A DNA stretch of 64,000 bases from an uncultured Arcobacter sp. (GTDB lineage Bacteria > Campylobacterota > Campylobacteria > Campylobacterales > Arcobacteraceae), in contig OZ223300.1 in assembly GCA_965140705.1 (NCBI GenBank), positions 992,001-1,056,000 of the forward strand, given 5' to 3'. Every line of letters starts with the position of its first letter. Positions within the stretch are counted from its first letter, which is position 1. The notes under the pieces were generated by a model. It did no database searches, had not been told where the DNA came from, and saw only the letters and a program-made list of their open reading frames with translations. The position numbers and the translations under genes were made by a program. Shown piece after piece: positions 31,890 through 40,874 of the stretch.

Positions 31890-32234
31890 ATGAAAACTTC
31901 AAAAAAAACTCTTTTTTTAAAATCAGATAAAGTCGGAGAAGGTGAATTAGGTTCAATGTTAATAAAAGGCTTTTTAAGTGCTATTATAGAACAAGAAAAT
32001 ACACCAGAATCTATTATTTGTGTGAATAGTGCTGTGCTTTTAACTACAGCTGATGAAGATAATGAAATTGTTGCTATTTTGAAAAAGATAGAAGAAAAAG
32101 GCGTTAAAATTTACTCTTGTGGAACTTGTCTTGATTATTATAATAAGAGAGATGATTTAAAAGTTGGAGTTGCTGGAAATGCAATGGATACTGTAAAATC
32201 TCTTCTAAGTGAAAATATAGTCTCTTTTAATTAA
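31890..32234 (+). CDS. DsrE-like / YedF-type selenium metabolism protein
   Basis: GEGELGSMLIKGFL, NSAV, SCGTCLDYY, GNAMD; sel-gene context. Confidence 0.8.
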   Translation: MKTSKKTLFLKSDKVGEGELGSMLIKGFLSAIIEQENTPESIICVNSAVLLTTADEDNEIVAILKKIEEKGVKIYSCGTCLDYYNKRDDLKVGVAGNAMDTVKSLLSENIVSFN

Positions 32235-32237
32235 TTC

Positions 32238-32265
32238 AATCAACAGAGATTTTTCTCTGTTGATT
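32238..32265. terminator. Bidirectional terminator-like hairpin
   Basis: AATCAACAGAGA-tttt-TCTCTGTTGATT. Confidence 0.7.
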
Positions 32266-32269
32266 AAAA

Positions 32270-33031
32270 TTATATTTCTTGATAAATCTCATATCCACAA
32301 AGAGCCGCACCAATTGCTCCTGTTAGTTGGGGATATTTAGATGGAATAATAGTTTTATCCAATTTTTCAGATAATAAATTTACTAAGAAAGTATCTAAAG
32401 CACCTCCACCTGTAAAGAGTATAATCTCACTTTTACAAGCAAATTTACTAGCCATAGATGCAAGTCTTGAGGCTATTGATTCATGTACTGCATAACAAAT
32501 ATTTGAAGCACTCTCTCTTTTTGCAATTAACGAAACTACTTCAGATTCTGCAAAAACAGCACACATACTAGAAATAGATAATTTTTTATTAGCATCAAAT
32601 CCAATTTTTGAAAATTCATCTAGATTTAGACCCATTCTATTTGCAGCTATTTCTAAAAACTTACCAGTTCCAGCAGCACATTTATCATTCATCTTAAAAT
32701 CTACAAAACCTCCACTTTTATCTAGAAGTATTACCTTACTATCTTGTCCTCCCAAATCAATAACCATTTGGGCATTATTATCAAAAAAGTATGCACCTTT
32801 TGCATGTGCTTTTATTTCACTTATTACAGGACATGAGAATGTTTCTTCTATCATATTTCTACCATATCCTGTGGAAACTAACATTTTTATACTTTTATCT
32901 TTTAGATATTTTTTTACTATTTCATCTTGATTTACAATAGTTGGAATAACACTCATATCAACTAACTCTTTTTTTTCATTGATTCCACATATTTTGGTAT
33001 ATGTGGAACCAACATCAACTCCCCAATACAT
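32270..33031 (-). CDS. ASKHA 4Fe-4S ATPase activator (HgdC/BadF-type; DCCP reductase-like)
   Basis: GVDVGST, TGYGR, DLGGQDSK, MNDKCAAGTG, CAVFAESE. Confidence 0.9.
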   Translation of the reverse strand: MYWGVDVGSTYTKICGINEKKELVDMSVIPTIVNQDEIVKKYLKDKSIKMLVSTGYGRNMIEETFSCPVISEIKAHAKGAYFFDNNAQMVIDLGGQDSKVILLDKSGGFVDFKMNDKCAAGTGKFLEIAANRMGLNLDEFSKIGFDANKKLSISSMCAVFAESEVVSLIAKRESASNICYAVHESIASRLASMASKFACKSEIILFTGGGALDTFLVNLLSEKLDKTIIPSKYPQLTGAIGAALCGYEIYQEI

Positions 33032-34353
33032 TAGCTTTTTGGTTTTAATTTAGTTGCTTTTTTCTTAAAAGAGATACTTTCTAAGAAAGCTTCAACTCTT
33101 GTTTTTATTTGTCCTGCATCTTCAGGAGAATAATCTGATTCTATTACTAAACAAGGAATTTCAGCTGCTTCTAAAGCTTCTGTTACTAGGAAAGACTCTA
33201 CATTGTAAGTATGACAAAAAGATAGTGTGTAATATATAACTCCATCGGCTTTTCTATCTTTGTACATTTTTAAGATTTTGTCAATTCTTGGTGTATTTGG
33301 AGTAAAACAAGCACAATCAACTTCACTATATCTTTTCATTAGTTCACTCATCAAATCATCTTCATTTTTGATATTATCAATATCAACATTATCTTTATAA
33401 TATCTATGTCCAATACATGATTCTTCATTTATAATAGCACCACCTGAACTCTCAACAGCAGTATGAAGTTTCCAATTTGGTGGAGCAATAGGAGTTCCTA
33501 AAACCATAAGTCTTGGAGTATCTTTTTCAAATACGGAAATTTTATCTTCCACTCTTTTTTCTAATTCATCACATAGTTCATTAACTTTTTGTGTATATCT
33601 TTTTGGATCATCTAAAAATCCCATTTGAGTCACAAATAGTGCATCTTTCCCCGTTATTGGCATAACTTCTGGATTTAATCCTCTTAAAGAATCAAGTCTT
33701 TGAAGTGCTTTTCTTTTTTCATTTATGATTCTTGTTCCTTCTAACATCTCTTCAAGACTTAGTTTTCCACCAGTTACTTCTTCAATATGTTCTTTAAATT
33801 CTACTATCTCTTCTTTCCACATTTTTAAATCTTTATCTCTTTTCATATGTGGAATATTCATAACATGGACTGGATGATGTTTATTTAGTATTTCCCATGT
33901 TTTTTTCTTAGCTTCACAGGTTGTTTCACCATAAATAAAATCGGCAGATTGAGTATATGCACAGGTTCTTTGGAGTTTAAAACCATGGGCTGATTTAATT
34001 AAAGGACAGATATTTCTAGGAAGTTCAGTTTCAGCATCTGCTATTGTTGCAGGGCTTCCACCACATAAACCAAAACATGCACCACCAGCTCCTACAATAA
34101 TCTCTTCTGGTACAAAAATACAAAAAGTACCAACAGCTGGTTTTTTTTGCTTTCTAAGTTCGTTGATTTCAGCAATTCTTTGACCTTGAATTTCACTCAT
34201 AAACCAATCAAAGTATTTCATACCCTCTGGTCTATTTTTTTGAGACATAAATTGAGCCTTATAAGATTCAAGTCCCATATTCATCATTTTTGCATGTCTA
34301 TCAACATCAACATCAATTTCTGAAAGTAATTTTCTGTGTTCTTCTACACTCAT
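33031..34353 (-). CDS. Double-cubane cluster protein (2-hydroxyacyl-CoA dehydratase D family)
   Basis: GTFC..VPEE, LCGG, LPRNICPLIKS, GETTC, EESC.G, CACFTPN, FCHTYNVE, TRVEAFLE. Confidence 0.82.
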   Translation of the reverse strand: MSVEEHRKLLSEIDVDVDRHAKMMNMGLESYKAQFMSQKNRPEGMKYFDWFMSEIQGQRIAEINELRKQKKPAVGTFCIFVPEEIIVGAGGACFGLCGGSPATIADAETELPRNICPLIKSAHGFKLQRTCAYTQSADFIYGETTCEAKKKTWEILNKHHPVHVMNIPHMKRDKDLKMWKEEIVEFKEHIEEVTGGKLSLEEMLEGTRIINEKRKALQRLDSLRGLNPEVMPITGKDALFVTQMGFLDDPKRYTQKVNELCDELEKRVEDKISVFEKDTPRLMVLGTPIAPPNWKLHTAVESSGGAIINEESCIGHRYYKDNVDIDNIKNEDDLMSELMKRYSEVDCACFTPNTPRIDKILKMYKDRKADGVIYYTLSFCHTYNVESFLVTEALEAAEIPCLVIESDYSPEDAGQIKTRVEAFLESISFKKKATKLKPKS

Positions 34354-34530
34354 AATTTTTCCTTGTATTATAATTATTTTTTATACATGAAAAAAAAGAA
34401 AATATTATAGATAAGCTTTTAAATCATGTATGTCTAAGCCTTAGACCATAAAAAGCTAAAAATTTAAGATAATTTATAAGCTTAAATTTTACTTATTAAA
34501 TAAAACTATATTCCACTTTTAATAAACAAA

Positions 34531-34556
34531 TGCTTAAAAAGTAAAAATTACTTTAC
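34531..34556. promoter_or_regulatory. Putative operator TGCTTAAAAA-GTAAA-N6-TTTAC in the divergent DCCP/selD promoter
   Basis: Near-identical to 31782-31807. Confidence 0.55.
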
Positions 34557-34698
34557 TATATGTTAAATCTATATTTAACTAAAAAAAGATATAATCACTC
34601 TAATTAATTTGCATTAACTCATGGGTTGAGTTTACATAAAATGTGATACTCTCTATTTGATATAAACTAATCCACAAAATGCATTTACAAGGGAAATA

Positions 34699-35733
34699 AT
34701 GAACAACAAATATAAATTAACAAAATTTGTTCAAGCTGCTGGTTGAGCTGCAAAGATGGGTCCGGGTGATCTTAAACAGTCTCTTTGTAGTCTTAGACCG
34801 ACAGATGAAAAAGTTTTAGTAAGTTTTGAAAATAGTGAAGATGCTTGTGTTTACCAAATAAGTGAAGATAATGCTTTAGTTCAAACACTTGACTTTATTA
34901 CTCCAGTTGTTGATGATCCCTATATTTACGGGAAAATTGCTGCTGCAAATTCACTTAGTGATATTTTTGCTATGGGTGCTGAAGTAAAAACTGCTATGAA
35001 TATAGTTGGTTTTGATGCAAAAAATCATGGTAGAGAAGTATTAGCAGAAATTTTAAATGGTGGAAATGAAAAAATAAAAGAGTGTGGTGGAGTTCTGATG
35101 GGTGGACACACTATTGAGAGCCCTGAAATGTATTATGGATTATCAGTAACAGGTATGATTCATCCAAATAATATATATAGAAACAATACAGCCAAAATAG
35201 GACATGTATTGGTTCTTACCAAACCAATAGGAATGGGTATTTTAACCACAGCTATAAAAAGAGATTTATTAAGTGATGAAACAACAAGAGAAGCAATAAA
35301 AATAATGGAGACATTAAATTATTTGTCATCAAAAATATTAAGACAATATGATGTGAGCTCTTGTACAGATATTACTGGATTTGGTCTTATTGGACATGCT
35401 TTTGAATCAACAAATCCTACAACTACATTTGCGATACATTGTGGTGAAGTTCCTGTTATGAAAGATGCTTATGAATTAGCTGAACAAGGTGTGGTTCCAG
35501 GTGGAACAAAAAGAAATCTAAAATATCTAGAAGATAAGATGACTGTAATGTGTGCAGATAGTGCTTGTAAACTTATGTATTGTGATGCCCAAACTTCAGG
35601 TGGCTTATTAGTTGCTATGGATAAAGATGATGCAAAAGAGTATATAAAAAAAGTAGAAGAGTTAACTTATGGTTATGCTGCAATTATAGGGGAAGTTATT
35701 CCAAGGGGAGTTACACCAATTATGATTTATTAA
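34699..35733 (+). CDS. selD: Selenophosphate synthetase, Sec-containing (Sec16 at 34744-34746)
   Basis: AAGGGA RBS, MNNKYKLTKFVQAAG-U-AAKMGPG in frame with the ORF at 34756; DFITPVVDD, GGHTI, DITGFG, DAQTSGGLL. Confidence 0.95.
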
Positions 35734-35734
35734 T

Positions 35735-35834
35735 TGGCGAGAAGATGAAGGAATCGAACCTCCCACGGCGTATTACACATAAACCGTCAATCAGGGTTGA
35801 AGCCTGTGGTGCCCACCAGGTACACTTATCTCCC
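35735..35834 (-). tRNA. selC: tRNA-Sec (UCA)
   Basis: Minus strand GGGAGAT...CAGG-CTTCAAC-CCTG, long variable arm, GGAGG-TTCGATT-CCTTC, ending GCCA; between selD and selA. Confidence 0.93.
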
Positions 35835-35889
35835 AAGTAAGAGGAAAATCTTACATTAAATATTTTTAAAACCATCTGAAAGGGTCAAA

Positions 35890-37236
35890 ATGAGTTTACT
35901 CAAGTCTATTCCAAAAATTGATAAATTTGTATCAAAGAAGAGCTTTGATGGATATTCAATTAACTTAATTACTAAAATATCTCAAGTAGTAATTGAGAAC
36001 TTGAGAATTGAAATACTTCAAAATAATATTAATGAAATAAATGAAGATAAATTAGTAGAAGAAGTTCTTGAAACATATAAAGAGTTAGTAGCTCCTTCTT
36101 TACAAAAAGTTATAAATGCTACAGGAATAATAGTACATACAAATTTAGGTAGAAGTTTACTTAGCAAACAAAGTTTAGAAAAAGCTATAGATATAGCAAC
36201 TTCATATAATAATTTAGAATATGATTTACAAAAAGGTCATAGGGGTGAGAGATATGCTCATATAGTAAAAACACTACAAGCCTTAACTGGATGTGAAGAT
36301 GCAATAGTTGTAAATAATAATGCAAGTGCAGTTTTTCTTGTCATGAATACTTTTGCAAAAAATAAAGAAGTAGTTGTAAGTAGAGGAGAACTTGTAGAAA
36401 TAGGGGGAAGTTTTAGGGTTCCAGAAGTAATGGCTCAAAGTGGGGCAATTTTAAAAGAGATAGGAACTACAAATAAAACTCACCTAAGAGATTATGAAAA
36501 TGCTATCAATGAAAATACTTCTATACTTATGAAAGTACATAAATCTAACTATACTATTGAAGGTTTTTCTAGTGATGTTGAGTTTGAAGATATAGTAAAA
36601 GTAGCTTCACAAAATGATGTAATAGATTATTATGATATGGGAAGTGGGCATATGATTGATTTGCCTTTTAAAACTTCAAGTTCTGAACCATCTATTTTAA
36701 AAATTATGGAATACAATCCTTCTCTTTTAAGTTTTTCAGGAGATAAACTTTTAGGAAGTGTACAAGCAGGGATAATCATCGGTAAAAAAGAGTTAATAGC
36801 AAAAATAAAAAAGAATCAACTTTTAAGAATGTTGAGGGTTGATAAAATAACTTTAGCAATACTTGAAGATACACTAAATTCATATTTAACAAATAATTTA
36901 GAAAATATTCCTACATTAAATATGTTATATACTAAAGTAGAGGTTTTAGAACAAAGAGCAAATAGATTAAAAAATCTAATAGATAATATTTGTAAATGTG
37001 AAGTAATAAAAAATCAAACACTTATAGGCGGAGGGACAACTCCAAATAAAAAGATACCAACTATTGCATTAACATTGGAATATAAAGATTTTAAACCAAA
37101 TAAAATAGAACAACTTTTGAGAAAAAATAATTTAATCGCTAGAATAGAAAATGAAAAAGTATTGTTGGACTTTAGAACTATTCAAGAAAATGAGATAGAA
37201 CAAATAGAAAGTATAATAAAAAAGGTATTTAATTAA
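35890..37236 (+). CDS. selA: L-seryl-tRNA(Sec) selenium transferase
   Basis: INATGIIVHTNLGR, VNNNA, SRGELVEIGGSFR, FSGDKLLG. Confidence 0.96.
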   Translation: MSLLKSIPKIDKFVSKKSFDGYSINLITKISQVVIENLRIEILQNNINEINEDKLVEEVLETYKELVAPSLQKVINATGIIVHTNLGRSLLSKQSLEKAIDIATSYNNLEYDLQKGHRGERYAHIVKTLQALTGCEDAIVVNNNASAVFLVMNTFAKNKEVVVSRGELVEIGGSFRVPEVMAQSGAILKEIGTTNKTHLRDYENAINENTSILMKVHKSNYTIEGFSSDVEFEDIVKVASQNDVIDYYDMGSGHMIDLPFKTSSSEPSILKIMEYNPSLLSFSGDKLLGSVQAGIIIGKKELIAKIKKNQLLRMLRVDKITLAILEDTLNSYLTNNLENIPTLNMLYTKVEVLEQRANRLKNLIDNICKCEVIKNQTLIGGGTTPNKKIPTIALTLEYKDFKPNKIEQLLRKNNLIARIENEKVLLDFRTIQENEIEQIESIIKKVFN

Positions 37237-39065
37237 TGTCAAATATTATTATAGGAACAGCAGGACATATTGATCATGGTAAAACAGCTTTAATAAAAGC
37301 TTTAAATGGGTTTGAGGGTGATGATACAAATGAGGAAAAACAAAGAGGAATTACTATTGATTTATCCTTTTCAAATCTAACAAGAGGACAACAAAATATA
37401 GCATTTATAGATGTACCAGGACATGAAAAGTTAGTTAAAAACATGATTGCTGGAGCTTTTGGGTTTGATTATGTTATGTTAGTAGTAAGTGCTGCTGAGG
37501 GAATAAAACCCCAAACTGTAGAACATATAGAAATTATAAATTTGTTGGGACTTAAAGATTTAATAGTAGTTCTTACAAAAAAAGATTTAGTAAGCCCTGA
37601 AGAGTTAGCTTTGAAAAAAGAACAGATATTGATGTTCTTGGGGACTTTTAATTTTGAGATAAAATTTGTAAGTGAAGTTTCAATATATGATGAAAGCTCA
37701 ATTGAAAAGCTAAAAAATCAACTTTTTACCATAAATAACAGTACTAAGCAAGAAGAAAATTTCTTTAGATTTTATGTTGATAGGGTCTTTTCACCTAAAG
37801 GTATTGGTACAGTTGTAACAGGAACTGTATTAGGGAAAAAAGTAGAACTCAATGAAAAAGTATTTATCTCTCAAATTCAAAAAGAGACAAAACTTAAAAA
37901 TATCCAAGTACATAATCAAAATGTTCTAGAAGCAAATATATCAAATAGGGCAGCCCTAAATTTACAAAATGTAGATGTAAAAAGTATAATTAGAGGTGAT
38001 TTGATTACTAAAAGGGGTTATGTTAGGGGATTTGATGGAGTTGACATCTCTTTTTCTTGTCTAAAAGATAAAAGTCTTTTACACAATAAAGCATATTCTC
38101 TTTTCATAGGTGCAAAAAAAGTGGAAGTAAAAGTTTTACTTTTTGATTCAATAGATTCACTTGAAGAGGGCTTTGCTACACTAAAAGCAACAGAAAAACT
38201 ATATACAGTTTTTGGTGAGAAAATTATTTTAAGAAATGGCAATGAAACTATATGTGGTGGAAAAGTACTAAATCCAGTAATTGACCCAATGAAAAAAAAT
38301 CAAAAAAGGAAACTTTTAGAGGCTTTAGAAAAAAATGATTTTGTAAGTGCTTATTATGAACTTTTAAGTGCTCATAGAAAAGGTCTTGGAATAATCTCTT
38401 CAACTCAAAGATTTGCACTAAGTCATAGTGAAGCCTTAGAGTTTGCAAAAAAACTTGATGAGGTCTTTGTGGATGAGAAAGATTTAATTATCTATCCAAA
38501 CTCTACCAAAGATGAGTTAAAAGATTATATAAAAAATATATATAAAAAGAATGCTTACGCCATGCTTTCTAATGCTTCAATTTCATTAAGAGTAAAATGG
38601 GCAAGTACGATGTTTATAGATTCTGTTTTAGATGAATTAGAAGAAGAAAACTTTTTAATAAAAGAGGGTAGTTTATATAAAAATGCACATATTAAAGAGG
38701 ACTTTTCAAAAGATTTAGAAGAAATAGTCTTAAATAGATTAAAAGAAGAAGATATAGCTCCAACAGCTCCTTATAATATTTATGATGATTTGGATATTGA
38801 TAGAAAACTAGGTGATAATATTCTAAAATCACTAACTTCAAAGAAGCAAGTAATAAGAATACAACACAACCTTTTCATACATTTTGAAAGTTTGAACAAT
38901 ATCGTAAAAGCTATGAAAAGTATCATAAAATCAGATGGATATATAGAAATCTCAAATTTCAAAGAGAGATTTGAACTTAGTAGAAAATATTTAATTGCAT
39001 ATTTAGATTATCTTGATAACTATTCAGAGATAAAAAAAATAGAAACAAAAAGAGTCTTTGCATAA
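37236..39065 (+). CDS. selB: Selenocysteine-specific elongation factor
   Basis: GTAGHIDHGKT, DVPGHE, C-terminal winged helix SRKYLIAYLDYLD. Confidence 0.96.
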   Translation: MSNIIIGTAGHIDHGKTALIKALNGFEGDDTNEEKQRGITIDLSFSNLTRGQQNIAFIDVPGHEKLVKNMIAGAFGFDYVMLVVSAAEGIKPQTVEHIEIINLLGLKDLIVVLTKKDLVSPEELALKKEQILMFLGTFNFEIKFVSEVSIYDESSIEKLKNQLFTINNSTKQEENFFRFYVDRVFSPKGIGTVVTGTVLGKKVELNEKVFISQIQKETKLKNIQVHNQNVLEANISNRAALNLQNVDVKSIIRGDLITKRGYVRGFDGVDISFSCLKDKSLLHNKAYSLFIGAKKVEVKVLLFDSIDSLEEGFATLKATEKLYTVFGEKIILRNGNETICGGKVLNPVIDPMKKNQKRKLLEALEKNDFVSAYYELLSAHRKGLGIISSTQRFALSHSEALEFAKKLDEVFVDEKDLIIYPNSTKDELKDYIKNIYKKNAYAMLSNASISLRVKWASTMFIDSVLDELEEENFLIKEGSLYKNAHIKEDFSKDLEEIVLNRLKEEDIAPTAPYNIYDDLDIDRKLGDNILKSLTSKKQVIRIQHNLFIHFESLNNIVKAMKSIIKSDGYIEISNFKERFELSRKYLIAYLDYLDNYSEIKKIETKRVFA

Positions 39066-39683
39066 ATGACTTGTCTTTTATGCAATAGTCATGCAAAACT
39101 TTTTTATAAAAATACTCACTACAAATGTGAATGTTGTGCTGGTGTATTCAAAGCAAAAGAGTTTCACCTAATAGGTGAAGCTGAAAAAAATATTTATGAA
39201 AAACATAAAAATGACTCAAATGATATAAGATATCAAAACTTCCTCTCTCCTATTACAAACTCAGTTTTAAAAGATAAACTAAAGAGTAGCGTTGGACTTG
39301 ATTTTGGCTGTGGTAAAGATTCTGCAATTATAAAAGTACTCAAAGACAATGCTTATGAAATATATGGTTATGACTTGTTTTATTTAGATGATAAATCATT
39401 ATTGGAACAAAAATATGACTACATAACAAGTAGTGAGGTAATAGAGCATTTTCAAGAACCAAACAAAGAGTTTGCTCTTTTAAAATCACTTTTAAAAGAT
39501 AATGGCTCTTTATATCTTATGACAGATATTTATGATGAGAGTATAGATTTTGATAAGTGGTATTACAAAAATGACCCAACTCATATTTTTATGTATCAAA
39601 GAAAAACTTTTGAATGGATAAAAGGGGAGTTTGGGTTTTCTAGGGTTGAGATTGAGGGTAGGTTGATTCGGTTTTATTTGTAG
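39066..39683 (+). CDS. Class I SAM-dependent methyltransferase with N-terminal Zn-ribbon
   Basis: CxxC..CxxC, LDFGCG, EVIEH, WYYKNDPTH. Confidence 0.85.
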   Translation: MTCLLCNSHAKLFYKNTHYKCECCAGVFKAKEFHLIGEAEKNIYEKHKNDSNDIRYQNFLSPITNSVLKDKLKSSVGLDFGCGKDSAIIKVLKDNAYEIYGYDLFYLDDKSLLEQKYDYITSSEVIEHFQEPNKEFALLKSLLKDNGSLYLMTDIYDESIDFDKWYYKNDPTHIFMYQRKTFEWIKGEFGFSRVEIEGRLIRFYL

Positions 39684-39700
39684 TTTTATAATGGTTATAC

Positions 39701-40266
39701 TCTCTTGAAGAGGTAAACCTCTTCGCTCTTCTTACTTTGTATGAACAAAGTAAGCAAAATCACCAACGGCTGCGAAGCCCTTTGGGTTCCTTCACTTATT
39801 GTTTTCTCTTTTCTGTCTTGCAAAACTCATAAATAAATATGCTCCTCCCAGCATATTTATTTATTCAAACAGTTGCAAGCCTTTTCCGAAAAGATAAAAC
39901 AAACACTCAGCTTCTGTAAATGTTGGAATAAAAGGTGGGATAAGGACATTTGCATTTTTGATTTGTTTAGATACCTAACTTTTACTTACTCTAATTAATA
40001 TTAAGATAATACTGAAGAAGAAACAACGGAAGAGATTTCTTTCTGCCTTTGATGAAGCCGAGTAGTTTTAAATTTTTTTCGGAAAAAGTCGAGGACTGTT
40101 TGAATAAAAAAGAGTGATAAACTCACTCTTTTTTATGAGTTCCGCAGACTAGAAAATAAATTTAGAACTGAGAGGGTAGCTTCGCCTTCATCAATTCGGC
40201 AGTCTTTTTTGCTTACTTTTTCGAGATCAAAAAGTAAGAGAAGCGAAGACCTTTAGGTGTTCATGA
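39701..40266. repeat. Structured dyad repeat element, copy B (inverted relative to copy A)
   Basis: 39701-39726 is the exact reverse complement of 10261-10286; about 40175-40266 is a near-exact reverse complement of 9776-9866. Confidence 0.85.
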
Positions 40267-40446
40267 GAATTAAAATAAAAGCCTAAATAAAGGCTCTTCT
40301 TTTATACAATAAACCAACATTATTTATGTCATAAATATCACTAATTTAAGGCTATTTTATATAAAATGTAATATTAATAAATAGTTATATTATAAGGATA
40401 AAGACAATGGGAAAAAAAGAATTTATATTTAAGGGTAGTTATTCAG

Positions 40447-40788
40447 ATGAATGATAAAATTAAATATTTAAAAAAATCATATATCTTAGAAATGATTATT
40501 GTCCCCTTGGTGACAGTATACATTTTAGTTTCGCCATTTATCAATGTTTCCAGTAGTCCAACATCTAATGAAATAGGAATATTGCTTATGAGTTCTATCT
40601 TTTTATTAATGACTACTTTTGCAACAGTGTTAATAGCATATTTAGCAATGAATGAATTATCGAATTATAATGAAAATAAAAAATTAGTTTTAAATATTAT
40701 TAATTTAATTTTTGTTTTGACTGGAGAAGTTTGGTTACTTGGTGTATTTCAAGCTATCTTGGTATTTTTAATTTACAAGGAAAAATAA
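40447..40788 (+). CDS. Cassette-borne hypothetical membrane protein (possibly frameshifted from the ATG at 40407)
   Basis: Hydrophobic 113-aa ORF ending at attC R''. Confidence 0.6.
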   Translation: MNDKIKYLKKSYILEMIIVPLVTVYILVSPFINVSSSPTSNEIGILLMSSIFLLMTTFATVLIAYLAMNELSNYNENKKLVLNIINLIFVLTGEVWLLGVFQAILVFLIYKEK

Positions 40789-40856
40789 TATAACAAATCA
40801 GAGGAGCCAATAAATTACCCTGCGGGAAATTTATTAGTTCATTTCAAACGTTAGCT
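40788..40856 (+). mobile_element. attC recombination site 1
   Basis: ATATAAC...AATAAATT-accctgcggga-AATTTATT...C-GTTAGCT, 69 bp imperfect palindrome. Confidence 0.8.
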
Positions 40857-40874
40857 TACGAAAAGAGGAAAATT

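Noticed and set aside
31834..31890. Sec-containing N-terminal extension of the YedF-like gene
   Set aside because: The upstream TGA at 31834 is out of frame with 31890.
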